64,000 bases of DNA from Candidatus Doudnabacteria bacterium (GCA_031291995.1 JARLHZ010000025.1:91965-155964); one strand, 5' to 3'; counted from the stretch's first letter, positions 28,163 to 38,247 are shown. Notes: generated by a model not told the origin, from the letters alone. Numbers and translations are program-made.

Positions 28163-29469
28163 CATAACTGTTAAAAATCCCAAATCTTCGCTACAATAAA
28201 AACAAAAGCAGTAAAAACAAACAAAAATCAAAAGTTATGAAGCTAAAACCTTTAACGGCTCTCCAGGTTATTGATCTGGTGCCGGATAGTATTTTAGACG
28301 CTTTAAGCCAAGAAAGCGGTGTTGATTTTGGCGTAAAGAAATTGCAAGGGAAAGTCCTGTTTAAGCTAATCATCTACTCTTTTCTTAGCTCCAAGCAAGT
28401 TTCGCTTCGCATACTGGAGGCCATTTACAATTCTGAAAAATTTAAAGCTTTGTTTAATATCCCCTTTACCGCGGTAACCAGGAAAGCCACTTATGCCGCT
28501 TTTAGTTTCAGGCTGAAGAACATAGACTACCGCTACTTTGAAAAAATTTTTAATTATTTGATCACCTCAACTTCGGTTCAAGACGTATTTTTTAATTCCC
28601 AAAAAATTAACCTTCGTAAAATCGACTCCACCATGCTCAGTCTTTCCAGCAAGCTGCTGTCCTTCGGCACGCACACCAGCGGCGGGCAGAATAACCTTAA
28701 AGTTACCCTGGAACTCACCGGCGGTATACCGGTGAACTTCATTCTGTTTAAAGATCAGCGATACTTAGCGGAAGAACTCGCCCTGCCGGAAGCGGTTAAG
28801 CGCCAGACGATAAAAAAGGCTTTAAATATTGCCATTTTTGACAGAGGGATTAAAAAAGTCAGTAGCTATTTGGATTTTAGCGAACAAAAGATATCCTTCA
28901 TCTCCAGACTGCAAAACCATAAAAATTTTAAGGTTGTAAAAGTCAATTCTCTCGGCGTCAACCATACGGCTACCCTTGAGTTGATTTCAGACAAAGTTAT
29001 CAGCTTTACCGGCAAACCAACCTTAGGAGTTACAGCAAAGAGTCAAAAATTTAACCGCTTTCGTGTGGTAACCGCGAAAAGTAAAGCTACGGGGCAAGTC
29101 ATCAGGTTTATCAGCAACATAAATTTTCTTACCGCGACGGAAATTACTGAACTTTACAAATCCCGATGGGAAATAGAAACCTTTTTTAAGTTTATTAAAC
29201 AGGAACTGAATTTTAAACACTTCCTCTCCAGGGACGAGAATGGGATTAAGGCTATGGTTTTTTTGACTATGATCACTGCCATATTGCTGACGCTCTACAA
29301 AAAAGTTAATAATTTAAGCGGCTGGGCTGTTGTCAAAATCAAATTCATGGATGAGCTTGAAGTTTGGCTTATGAAAACCTGGCATCAGGAAATGGCTCCG
29401 GCATTTTTACCCTTTTCATCATCACCCTACCCAAGTTTAAGCGGTTAATCAGGATTTTTAACAGTTATG
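28163..29469 (+). mobile_element. complete IS4-family insertion sequence (1307 bp)
   Basis: Perfect 18-bp TIR CATAACTGTTAAAAATCC; 9-bp TSD GTCATGTCC at 28154-28162 and 29470-29478. Confidence 0.93.
28237..29448 (+). CDS. IS4-family DDE transposase
   Basis: IDST, FDRG, YKSRWEIETFFKFIKQ (YREK motif). Confidence 0.93.
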   Translation: MKLKPLTALQVIDLVPDSILDALSQESGVDFGVKKLQGKVLFKLIIYSFLSSKQVSLRILEAIYNSEKFKALFNIPFTAVTRKATYAAFSFRLKNIDYRYFEKIFNYLITSTSVQDVFFNSQKINLRKIDSTMLSLSSKLLSFGTHTSGGQNNLKVTLELTGGIPVNFILFKDQRYLAEELALPEAVKRQTIKKALNIAIFDRGIKKVSSYLDFSEQKISFISRLQNHKNFKVVKVNSLGVNHTATLELISDKVISFTGKPTLGVTAKSQKFNRFRVVTAKSKATGQVIRFISNINFLTATEITELYKSRWEIETFFKFIKQELNFKHFLSRDENGIKAMVFLTMITAILLTLYKKVNNLSGWAVVKIKFMDELEVWLMKTWHQEMAPAFLPFSSSPYPSLSG

Positions 29470-29478
29470 GTCATGTCC

Positions 29479-30027
29479 CCATTGTTTCATATACTTGGGC
29501 TATGTCTTTTTTCTTTGGGTAATTCCTCTGACAGTTTCCTAATTTTGCGGGCCCAAAATTTGGGATTAAGCCTAATTTTAGTTATATCCGCCTACATTGT
29601 TTATAACCTCGTTTATGCCCTGGCCTCAACGCCTGCCGGAATAATAGCTGATAAAATCGGGACGAAAAAAGTTTTCATTACGGGGATTATTATTTTCGCT
29701 CTGGCGTACTTAGGCTTTGCGCTGGATAAATACGGCAGCCTGGTCTGGCTGCTGTTTGGAGTTTATGGGTTCTATATTGCCCTAACCGACGGCGTCTCCA
29801 AAGCCATGATTGGCTCCTTAATTCCAAAGGAAGAAGCGGGAACGGCCTATGGGGTATTAACTACCGTGACCAGCGTGTTTACCTTAGCGGCGTCAGTGAT
29901 AGGCGGATTTCTGTGGTCGGCAGTTTCTCCGTCCGCGACTTTTATATTTGCCGTTGTTTGCGCAGTTCTTTCACTAATAGTATTTGCCAGTATTAAGACT
30001 AATAGCTTCATCAAAATTTCATCTTGA
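29479..30027 (+). pseudogene. MFS transporter, C-terminal half only
   Basis: LGNSSDSFLILRA, GIIADKIG; about six TMs; no N-terminal half on the other side of the IS. Confidence 0.75.
30006..30022 (+). promoter_or_regulatory. OmpR/PhoB-type tandem box 3
   Basis: CTTCAT-caaaa-TTTCAT, then 10 nt, then TAACTT. Confidence 0.6.
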
Positions 30028-30044
30028 GGCTTTAACTTGAACCT

Positions 30045-30719
30045 ATGAGAATTTTAATCGTCGAAGATCAGGAAAAGCTGGCAAAGAGCCTGAAAAAAGG
30101 TCTAGAGCAAAAAGGCTACGTGGCTGACTATCTTTTGGATGGGGAGTCTGCGCAGCGAAGAATTGAAATGAAAGCCGACGATTACGACGCCGTTATTCTT
30201 GATGTTATGTTGCCCAAAAGGAATGGCGTGGACGTATGTAAAAGCTGGCGCAGCCAAAATATCACCATTCCTGTCTTGATGCTAACCGCTAGGGATACAA
30301 TGGCCGACAAAGTGACGGGGCTTGATTGCGGTGCTGATGATTACTTGGTAAAGCCTTTTGGCTACGAGGAACTTTTGGCCAGGCTCAGAGCTTTGTTGCG
30401 CCGGCCCAGGCAAGCCTTACAAACAGACTTAACTGTTGGGGATTTAAAATTAGACTCTGCAAAAAAGCAGATTACCTGTCATGGCAGGACACTTTCTTTA
30501 ACCGCAAAAGAGTTTGTCCTGCTGCAATATTTTATGCGCAATCCTAATTTGGTTTTAAGCAAGGAACAAATCTTACAGCACGTTTGGAACTACGACTCCA
30601 GTGCTTTTTCCAACATCGTGGATGCCCATATCAAGAATTTACGCAAGAAATTAAACAAGGTTCAATATGACCACGTTCTCCAAACGGTTCGGGGCATGGG
30701 CTACAGCCTTAAGACTTAA
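30045..30719 (+). CDS. OmpR-family response regulator
   Basis: ILIVED, LDVMLP, GADDYLVKPF, TVRGMGY; paralogue of 24324..24992. Confidence 0.95.
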   Translation: MRILIVEDQEKLAKSLKKGLEQKGYVADYLLDGESAQRRIEMKADDYDAVILDVMLPKRNGVDVCKSWRSQNITIPVLMLTARDTMADKVTGLDCGADDYLVKPFGYEELLARLRALLRRPRQALQTDLTVGDLKLDSAKKQITCHGRTLSLTAKEFVLLQYFMRNPNLVLSKEQILQHVWNYDSSAFSNIVDAHIKNLRKKLNKVQYDHVLQTVRGMGYSLKT

Positions 30720-31674
30720 CCCTTTCCAGCAAGCCCGTATTAAGCTGACCGCATCTTACATTTTTATGTTGGCAGTGATCTTATGCGTGTTCAGTTTCAG
30801 CCTTTATTATTCACTGGCAAAAAATTTAAGGGAAGATTTTGAAAGTGAAACCGCAGTCCAGCAGGTTCGCCATGAACTGGTCGAGTCGGCCTTAGACCAT
30901 ATCCAAACAACCATAGTTTTTGTAGATATAGGGGTGTTGCTGCTGTTTAGCTCTTTGGCTTACGTTTTGGCGGGCAAAACATTAAAGCCTATTGAACTGG
31001 CTTTAGACGCCCAAAAGCAATTCAGCGCCGATGCTTCCCATGAGTTCCGGACCCCGCTGTCAATCATAAAAAACGAACTGGAAGTTGCGTTGCAAAGCGA
31101 CCATATAGATGCCAAAGCCTTGATTCGAAGTAACCTCGAAGAGGTTAATCACATGTCCTCAATGGTTGACCAGCTTTTAAAATTATCCCGCAGCGAAAAT
31201 CACAAAAACGGTTTTAAAATGGCTCCGGTCAAATTAACGGAAATTGTTAAGTCATCTGTTACCACAATGCAAAAACTTGCCCAAATTAAGGATATAAAGC
31301 TGAGCTTAGAGACAGTCGAACAGGGTGATATATCGGGCAGCTTTGGCGCGTTACAGGAAGTGGTATTAAATTTATTACAGAACGCCATTGATTACACGCC
31401 AGAGGGCGGCTCTGTTAAGGTAGCAGTAAAAGCCACCGGAAAATTCCAGGAGCTGACAATCCAGGATACCGGCATCGGCATCGAAGCCAAGGACCTCCCT
31501 CATATATTTGAACGTTTTTACAAAGCTGATAACGCAAGAAGTTTACGATCCAACAGTTCCGGCCTCGGTCTTTCCATTGTCTATGATATCGTTCAAAGAC
31601 ACGGAGCTAAAGTTTTTGTCAGCAGTACGCCGGACAAAGGTACTTTGGTAACGTTAATTTTCCCATTATTGTGA
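30667..31674 (+). CDS. sensor histidine kinase
   Basis: ASHEFRTPL, NAIDY, DTGIGI, SGLGL. Confidence 0.93.
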   Translation: MTTFSKRFGAWATALRLNPFQQARIKLTASYIFMLAVILCVFSFSLYYSLAKNLREDFESETAVQQVRHELVESALDHIQTTIVFVDIGVLLLFSSLAYVLAGKTLKPIELALDAQKQFSADASHEFRTPLSIIKNELEVALQSDHIDAKALIRSNLEEVNHMSSMVDQLLKLSRSENHKNGFKMAPVKLTEIVKSSVTTMQKLAQIKDIKLSLETVEQGDISGSFGALQEVVLNLLQNAIDYTPEGGSVKVAVKATGKFQELTIQDTGIGIEAKDLPHIFERFYKADNARSLRSNSSGLGLSIVYDIVQRHGAKVFVSSTPDKGTLVTLIFPLL

Positions 31675-31742
31675 TAGCTTGTGGATAAATTTTCAAATTC
31701 TTTACCTTAGGTTGCTTAAACAAGGAGTATTTCCTTTCGTCC

Positions 31743-31759
31743 GTTCACGGTTATTTCAT
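31743..31759 (+). promoter_or_regulatory. OmpR/PhoB-type tandem box 4
   Basis: GTTCAC-ggtta-TTTCAT, then 10 nt, then TAAGCT. Confidence 0.6.
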
Positions 31760-31813
31760 TCCCGCTCGTTAAGCTATATTCAGGTATAGAAAATTAACTC
31801 AAGAAAGGAATTA

Positions 31814-32179
31814 TTGATGGAAATAAACAAAAAATACGCCGCGCTGCTTTCTGTCGGCGCGTTGATCGGGACTGTTGGCGTAGTTGCCCTCCAGACTCAC
31901 GCTCAACAAGCTGTCAGCCAGCCTGTTGTCCAAAAGCAGCCAGCTACCCAAACTGCGGCACCTAGCCCGACTGCCACCGTTGATAAGGTTACGCCCCAGG
32001 ATACGGATAACATCCAAGACCCTGGCGGCGTGGAAAAGCCTGACGCTCCCGCTACTCAGGTCAAGGGAACGGAAACAGAAACCAATGACGGACAAGGTAG
32101 CGATAAGGATACATCTCCAGACAATGGCAGTAGTGATCAAGGAGAAACCAACGCCACTACTCCAGCAGCAACCAAATAA
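31814..32179 (+). CDS. secreted acidic low-complexity protein
   Basis: AAAGGA RBS, signal peptide, D/E/T-rich tail; hairpin terminator near 32192-32222. Confidence 0.7.
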   Translation: MMEINKKYAALLSVGALIGTVGVVALQTHAQQAVSQPVVQKQPATQTAAPSPTATVDKVTPQDTDNIQDPGGVEKPDAPATQVKGTETETNDGQGSDKDTSPDNGSSDQGETNATTPAATK

Positions 32180-32251
32180 TCATTAACTATCAAACACGCG
32201 CCACTCACCCCGGCGTGTGTTTGCTTTTGTGGTGACTCTTTGCAAGCAAAA

Positions 32252-32268
32252 ATTCACGAAATTTTCAT
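32252..32268 (+). promoter_or_regulatory. OmpR/PhoB-type tandem box 5
   Basis: ATTCAC-gaaat-TTTCAT, then 10 nt, then TATCCT. Confidence 0.6.
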
Positions 32269-32305
32269 CTGGAAAAATTATCCTTAACTAATAGGATAAC
32301 ATATA

Positions 32306-33475
32306 ATGTATAACTTTCGGCCACCTGAAATAAAAATAGAAACAACTAAGCGTTTCCCCTGGCTTTGGGTAATTTTCAAGTATCTAAAATATCCGGCTCT
32401 GGCTTTGGTTGCGCTGGTTGTTATAGGCGCGTTATTTGTTAAATTTGATACTTCAGCCGCAGCGGAAATGACTGACAAATACCTACGTCCGAGCTTTGGC
32501 GATAGCCGAATTATTTTTTTAGAAAAAATCTTCTTTAATTTATCCGATAAAGCGACTAAGGTTGTCTACGATTTTAAAAAACCTTTAGCCCCGCAGTTTT
32601 TAAGTTCAACCGCGGATACTAACATACCAACATCGCTTGACCTCAAACCAATCCCCCCAAATCCGGCCTTTACGCCATTACCCGAAGAAGGTGTATGGCA
32701 TAATATCCCTCTAAATATATTTCCAAACAAGGAAGTGATAGCCTACTCTTTTGTCAGACCTGATTCAAGTAGGTCTTTTGCAATAGTCTCGGTCGTTAAG
32801 ATCGACACCTCCGCGCTTACTTTAGGAAGCGTAGCTGGAATCTATGAGCCGGGTGGTAAGGTGGGAAAACACGGAACCGGCCAAGTACCAAAAAGTATTA
32901 TACAAAGCGGCGGTCTTGTTGCTGCCTTTGACGGAGGCTTCCAGTATCGTGATGGGGCCTATGGAATGATTGTAGGCAAGACCACTTATTTGCCGTTAAA
33001 GAACGATTTAGGCACGGTTGTTGGCTATTCTGACGGGACGTTTAAAATATTTGATTACACCGGGCAGGATCTAGGCAGTAATACAACTTTCGTGCGCCAA
33101 AACGGGCCAATGCTCATTGAAAACGGCGACATAACTGTGACCAATGCCGACAGCCAAAAAGTTTGGGGCAGAGTTGTCGGCGGGACAGATACTTTTACCT
33201 GGCGTTCAGGAATTGGCATAACCCAGAAAGGCGAGTTAATTTTTGCAGCCGGAAATAATTTAAGCCCACAGACTTTAGCGCAGGCTTTAAGCGCAGCTGG
33301 CGCAGTCAACGCCATCCAGTTGGATATCAACCCTCATTGGGTACGCTTTAATATTTTTAACTCTACGGGTTCCGGCCAATATGATTCTGCTCCACTAAAT
33401 AAAGACATGCAGGACGGGTCAAAGGAGTACTTGAACGGTTACCAAAAAGATTTTTTCTATGTCTACAAAAAATAA
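32306..33475 (+). CDS. phosphodiester glycosidase (NAGPA-like) family protein
   Basis: AAFDGGF, QNGPMLIENG, WRSGIG, AIQLDIN. Confidence 0.75.
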   Translation: MYNFRPPEIKIETTKRFPWLWVIFKYLKYPALALVALVVIGALFVKFDTSAAAEMTDKYLRPSFGDSRIIFLEKIFFNLSDKATKVVYDFKKPLAPQFLSSTADTNIPTSLDLKPIPPNPAFTPLPEEGVWHNIPLNIFPNKEVIAYSFVRPDSSRSFAIVSVVKIDTSALTLGSVAGIYEPGGKVGKHGTGQVPKSIIQSGGLVAAFDGGFQYRDGAYGMIVGKTTYLPLKNDLGTVVGYSDGTFKIFDYTGQDLGSNTTFVRQNGPMLIENGDITVTNADSQKVWGRVVGGTDTFTWRSGIGITQKGELIFAAGNNLSPQTLAQALSAAGAVNAIQLDINPHWVRFNIFNSTGSGQYDSAPLNKDMQDGSKEYLNGYQKDFFYVYKK

Positions 33476-34058
33476 AATTCTTATTGGGTTAGGGGTTTGT
33501 CTAATTGCTTTAATGCTGGGCTCTATTTTCATTCAGCACAAACATCCACAACAAAAAAATATCGTTAAAGCCGAAGCGCTAAAACCAGTTCCAATACCAA
33601 CCGCACTTGATCCTAACTTTTTAACTCAAGTCAACGAGTGCTTTATCCCGACCGCCGCTGTTTACGGCTATGATTTACGCATTACTTCCGGCTTTCGCAG
33701 TTTGGCAGAGCAAAATGCCATATATGATTCGGGACGAACAGTAAATGGCCATATTGTCACTTGGGCTGAGCCGGGTAAAAGCCTCCATAATTACGGCTTT
33801 GCCGTTGATGTCGTCGACCGATTGAGAGGATATAATATTGATTTTGATAAGCTGGCAAAGATCGGCATATATTGCGGGCTTGAACAGGTTGATCCCCCTC
33901 ACTTCGAACACAGAGCCGGTCTGTCTACTGCTGACTTTGAAGCAGGCAAAAGACCTCCGCCTTTGACTTTACCCTGCACAGTAATGGACGAACGTTATAA
34001 GGCCAATCAGTCGCTGACACTTAAGGACTTACAGGCTTGCGGCGTGCCTAAGTTCTAA
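33459..34058 (+). CDS. M15 family peptidoglycan peptidase
   Basis: ITSGFRS..EQ, SLHNYGFAVD, DPPHFE. Confidence 0.88.
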   Translation: MSTKNKILIGLGVCLIALMLGSIFIQHKHPQQKNIVKAEALKPVPIPTALDPNFLTQVNECFIPTAAVYGYDLRITSGFRSLAEQNAIYDSGRTVNGHIVTWAEPGKSLHNYGFAVDVVDRLRGYNIDFDKLAKIGIYCGLEQVDPPHFEHRAGLSTADFEAGKRPPPLTLPCTVMDERYKANQSLTLKDLQACGVPKF

Positions 34059-34119
34059 TAGTTAAACAGAATCGCAACTCAGGGCAGAAAAGTGTTAGAA
34101 TGAATATAATAGACACTTT

Positions 34120-35265
34120 ATGAAGAAGCCTTTGTGCCCACTAACAATTATTTTTTTACTAGCTGCGGGATGCAGTTCCGCTGCAACGCAAACTTTTAAC
34201 AACTCCGCTCCGGCTGCAAATAATACCAACACGGCATCAACCCTCACTGCCGCTAAAAGCTGCCCGCCAGGTTTTGTTAAAGTTCCGGGTAGCACTGTCT
34301 ACCATACCCCAGATTTTTGCATCATGAAATACGAGGCCAAAGCCGCGCTAATTTCCAACCCTGCTGTCGGCCTAGAGCCCAAACTGGGCGATCCCTGCTC
34401 TGGGCAGAGCAACGGGCACGCGTACGGAACTTATAAAAACAACGGCGTGGGATGCGCTACGACTGCCAAGAATAACAAGCAGGTAGTTTCCACGGCTTCC
34501 GGCTTTCCTATTGCCTACATCCCTGAAACAGCCAACGGATCAGATAACGTCAAAAGTTATTGTCAGCAGATGGGCTGGCACTTAATCACTAATCCTGAAT
34601 GGATGACTATCGCACGAAATGTTGAACAGGTGGCGGCAAACTGGTGTAATGCCGATGGCACTAGTTGCGGCGCTATGCCGGGAACGCTAGGTAAAATTTT
34701 GGCTAACGGGCACAACAATGCTCAACCGGCCGCCGCGCTCGTCGCGTCGGCTAATGACAGCCAAGCTTGCTTTGGCACGGCAACAGATGGTTCAAATACC
34801 TGCGACGGAACAAATTCTCAAAAACGGACATTAACCTTAAGTAATGGAGAGGTCTTGTGGGACTTTGCCGGCAATGTCTGGCAGTGGGTAGACGGTAGCG
34901 TACTTCGGAAGGATGAGCCCCAATCGAAAAGCAACGGCAAGCTTGATATTGGTTGGCTGTCCAGCGAGTTTGCACCCGGACCGGGGGCGCTTCTAAGCGT
35001 GATTACGGGTAACGGCCAGGGACCATCGTTAGGGTATGATTCATTCCGGCCGTCCAACCCGGCCTGGAATTCAAATAACGGTGTAGGCCGAATTTTTCAT
35101 TACAGCAGCGCCAGTGAAACTAACACCACGGTTTACGGCTTTATCCGGGGAGGTCAATGGGACCATGGCGCCGTTGACGGAGCCTTTAGCATGCACCTAA
35201 CGCCAGTCCCTGACAAAACCAATATTGACGATGTGGGTTTCCGGTGTGCGGCCCCGTTACAATAA
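34120..35265 (+). CDS. lipoprotein with FGE-sulfatase/C-type-lectin fold
   Basis: Lipobox-like LAAGC; FCIMKYEA, DFAGNVWQW, RGGQW...VGFRC. Confidence 0.8.
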   Translation: MKKPLCPLTIIFLLAAGCSSAATQTFNNSAPAANNTNTASTLTAAKSCPPGFVKVPGSTVYHTPDFCIMKYEAKAALISNPAVGLEPKLGDPCSGQSNGHAYGTYKNNGVGCATTAKNNKQVVSTASGFPIAYIPETANGSDNVKSYCQQMGWHLITNPEWMTIARNVEQVAANWCNADGTSCGAMPGTLGKILANGHNNAQPAAALVASANDSQACFGTATDGSNTCDGTNSQKRTLTLSNGEVLWDFAGNVWQWVDGSVLRKDEPQSKSNGKLDIGWLSSEFAPGPGALLSVITGNGQGPSLGYDSFRPSNPAWNSNNGVGRIFHYSSASETNTTVYGFIRGGQWDHGAVDGAFSMHLTPVPDKTNIDDVGFRCAAPLQ

Positions 35266-35341
35266 TCTCCCAGATAAATTTATAAATAATTAATGGCGGA
35301 AAGACCACCTTGGTAATTCCACCAAAAAGGATAAACTGTTA

Positions 35342-36160
35342 ATGGATACAATTAATAGCGTGGCAGGAACCAGTGCTCCTTCCGTGGCCAAACAACTGTT
35401 TAATAAAGTGCCGGAAGTGACCATATATTTCTGGCTAATCAAAGTTTTATGTACTACCGTTGGCGAGACTTTTTCTGATTTTCTTGACGGCAAATTTAAC
35501 TTGGGTACCGCCAACTTGGCGTACATCTTTGGCGGCTTGCTCCTGATCGTTTTGTTTTTTCAGTTTAAGAAAAAGAAGTATGTGCCAGGGATATATTGGC
35601 TGGCAGTTGTTTTGGTCAGCGTTGTAGGCACTTTGATAACAGACAACCTCACTGATAATTTGGGGATTTCGCTGGTTACGACTACGGTTGTCTTTAGCAT
35701 AGTATTGGCCGCAGTGTTTGCCATTTGGTACTCGATGGAAAAAACCTTGTCCATTGAATCCATTAACACCTTCGGCAGGGAAGCCTTTTATTGGCTGGCT
35801 ATTTTATTCACCTTTGCTCTTGGTACAGCCTCCGGTGACCTGATTGCCGAAAAGTTCGCTTTGGGCTATCTGATTTCCGCCGCCATTATTTTCGGCGCAA
35901 TCCTTCTTATCTCCGCAGGGCATTTTTGGATGAAGATGAGCAAGGTGTTGGCATTCTGGCTGATTTATATCCTAACCAGACCCCTCGGAGCTTCTCTTGG
36001 CGATTTATTGTCGCAAGCTAAAACCGACGGCGGTTTGGGACTTGGGCCTACGATGACCAGCGCGATTTTTCTGCTAGCTATTTTAGCGCTCGTCACCTAC
36101 CTGGCAATTACCAAAAAGGACGTCACGCCTCAAGAAAAAGTATTAGCGGAGCAAAATTAA
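35342..36160 (+). CDS. COG4705/DUF347 membrane protein
   Basis: KVPEVTIYFW.IK...TTVGET; TFALGTA.GD; LTRPLGAS. Confidence 0.9.
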   Translation: MDTINSVAGTSAPSVAKQLFNKVPEVTIYFWLIKVLCTTVGETFSDFLDGKFNLGTANLAYIFGGLLLIVLFFQFKKKKYVPGIYWLAVVLVSVVGTLITDNLTDNLGISLVTTTVVFSIVLAAVFAIWYSMEKTLSIESINTFGREAFYWLAILFTFALGTASGDLIAEKFALGYLISAAIIFGAILLISAGHFWMKMSKVLAFWLIYILTRPLGASLGDLLSQAKTDGGLGLGPTMTSAIFLLAILALVTYLAITKKDVTPQEKVLAEQN

Positions 36161-36186
36161 ATTAAGCCAATAATAACCTTAAATAT

Positions 36187-36471
36187 ATGAACAAATTACA
36201 ACTTACAGAACAATTAGGAGCTAAACTTGGGATTGCTCACAGCGAGGCAGAGCGATTTTTAAATTCCTTAACGGGCATGATCTATGAAATACTTAGGGGC
36301 GGTGATAAGGTTAATATTTCCGGCTTCGGCCAATTCAGCGTTTCCCACCGCGCTCCCCGTATTGGTGTAAACCCGCGGAACCCCTCACAAAAAATTACTA
36401 TTCCCGAACTGAATACTCCGAAGTTTAAGGCCGGGGAGGCATTTAAGGAAGCGATCAAATTGAGGCAATAA
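36187..36471 (+). CDS. hup: HU family DNA-binding protein
   Basis: MNK..L; GDKVNISGFGQF; RIGVNPRNP; PKFKAG. Confidence 0.9.
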   Translation: MNKLQLTEQLGAKLGIAHSEAERFLNSLTGMIYEILRGGDKVNISGFGQFSVSHRAPRIGVNPRNPSQKITIPELNTPKFKAGEAFKEAIKLRQ

Positions 36472-36496
36472 CCCACTCCGGAACCAAATATTCCTT

Positions 36497-37033
36497 ATGA
36501 AACTATGGATATGGATAGTTGTAACTTTATTATTCCAAGAACTTATTTCCACCAATGCTGTCTTATTGGAGGCTTTTCAGAAACATTATAATATTTGGAT
36601 TATCCACGGAATATTCTTGGCCACCACCGCTATTGGGATTATTGTCGGCTACTGGCTGGGACAGTGGGTGCAGAAAACTTTCCATAACAACAAAGTAGTC
36701 TCCTATATTCAAAAATTGGCTAAAAGAACCGAGCGTTTTATGGGAAGAAATGGCACACGGCTTTCATTGGTTTTCTTGTCTATAATAGACTTTAATTTTA
36801 TGGATTCGTTTTTGTCAGCGTGGCTGGATGTATCTTTCTGGGAAATTTTTATTTTCCTGTTTATTGGTAACTTGTTATGGTATGTTTCCCAGTGGATAAT
36901 CATTCTGGGCGTTAACACTTACGTCCGCAATCCAATTCAGGCCTTGTATGTAATAATTGGCCTGTCTGTGGTTCTGACAATTATTTTTAAATTGATTAGC
37001 AATAAAGTCTTAAAAAGAAAAAAGTCGGATTAA
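36497..37033 (+). CDS. membrane protein, possibly DedA-like
   Basis: GIIVGYWLG...ERFMGRNG pattern; hydrophobic. Confidence 0.55.
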   Translation: MKLWIWIVVTLLFQELISTNAVLLEAFQKHYNIWIIHGIFLATTAIGIIVGYWLGQWVQKTFHNNKVVSYIQKLAKRTERFMGRNGTRLSLVFLSIIDFNFMDSFLSAWLDVSFWEIFIFLFIGNLLWYVSQWIIILGVNTYVRNPIQALYVIIGLSVVLTIIFKLISNKVLKRKKSD

Positions 37034-37680
37034 TGCGAAATATACTCTCAACTTATAAATCTTTCTTCACCAAACCGCGACGGCGCTCTCTCTATGTAGC
37101 CTTTTTCATTTTGGCTTTGAGCCTAATCTTCCAATACTACGCTGGCGCTTACTCAGCCCACGTAGCCACTCAGTATGTCGGCGATCTACTTCTTGACCAC
37201 TTACCAATAGTCAACCTTAATCTTATTATCGTAGAGGGGGCGCTTTGGGCGATTTTATTTAGCGCAATTCTCATACTAGCCAAACCTAAGTATATAATTT
37301 TCACTTTAAAAGCTGTGGCGGTGTTCCTGGCGCTGCGGGCTATTTTTGTTGCAGTAACGCACTTGGGGATTTACCCAGGCCAGATAGTGCCGGGCCCCGG
37401 ACCTTTTGATTCGCTGTATACGGCCTTGGGGCTGCAAACGGGTTATTTCTTTTCCGCCCATACGGGATTACCGCTGCTCATGGCCCTGATCTTTTGGGAA
37501 GAACGGCTGTGGCGTTTTATCTACCTTGCGGCATCGGCAATTTTTGCCATCTCAGTGCTACTGGCCCATGTGCACTATTCCATAGATGTTTTAGCAGCTC
37601 CTCTTATGACTTACAGTATTTTTAAGTTTGCTGAATATATGTTCCAGGAGGACTTCAATTTAACAAAGACAAAAATTTGA
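37033..37680 (+). CDS. PAP2-superfamily membrane protein (sphingomyelin-synthase-like)
   Basis: FFSAHT and HVHYSIDV motifs. Confidence 0.8.
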   Translation: MRNILSTYKSFFTKPRRRSLYVAFFILALSLIFQYYAGAYSAHVATQYVGDLLLDHLPIVNLNLIIVEGALWAILFSAILILAKPKYIIFTLKAVAVFLALRAIFVAVTHLGIYPGQIVPGPGPFDSLYTALGLQTGYFFSAHTGLPLLMALIFWEERLWRFIYLAASAIFAISVLLAHVHYSIDVLAAPLMTYSIFKFAEYMFQEDFNLTKTKI

Positions 37681-37749
37681 AAAAAGCGGTATATTTATTA
37701 ATCCGCTAATTCGTATAAATTAAATATCTTTCTAGAAAGGAGCTTTGGT

Positions 37750-38247
37750 TTGAACGCCCTAATTATTTTTTCCGCCCAATATTTATATCTGCTCGTAATT
37801 GCTATAACGGCCGTTTGCTTTTTTATAATCCCCAAAGACCAAAAGAGAAACTTCGGACTTTTGCTGATTATCGCCCTGCCCTGTATCTATCTGATTTCAA
37901 AGGTGGCTGCAAATTTTTACTTTGATCCTCGGCCGTTTGTAGTCGGCCACTTTGCTCCTCTTATTCCACATGCTCCTGACAACGGTTTTCCATCTGACCA
38001 CGTCCTGCTTACCAGCGCCATATCTTCCGTGGTTTTTGCATACAACAAAAAAGTAAGCGCTGTACTTTGGGCACTTACAATTATTGTGGGACTGGCCAGG
38101 ATCCTTGTCGGCGTTCATCACCTTATTGATATTGCTGGAGCAATTACTATTTCTATCCTGGTAACTGCCGTTATAGACTACCTTCTAAAAAAGCAAAAAG
38201 TTTTCATTTACAGATACAAAACATTGACTGGGAGGATTATTCTATGA
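37750..38247 (+). CDS. PAP2 phosphatase (BcrC/YbjG-like undecaprenyl-PP phosphatase)
   Basis: PRPFV, FPSDH, RILVGVHH. Confidence 0.88.
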   Translation: MNALIIFSAQYLYLLVIAITAVCFFIIPKDQKRNFGLLLIIALPCIYLISKVAANFYFDPRPFVVGHFAPLIPHAPDNGFPSDHVLLTSAISSVVFAYNKKVSAVLWALTIIVGLARILVGVHHLIDIAGAITISILVTAVIDYLLKKQKVFIYRYKTLTGRIIL

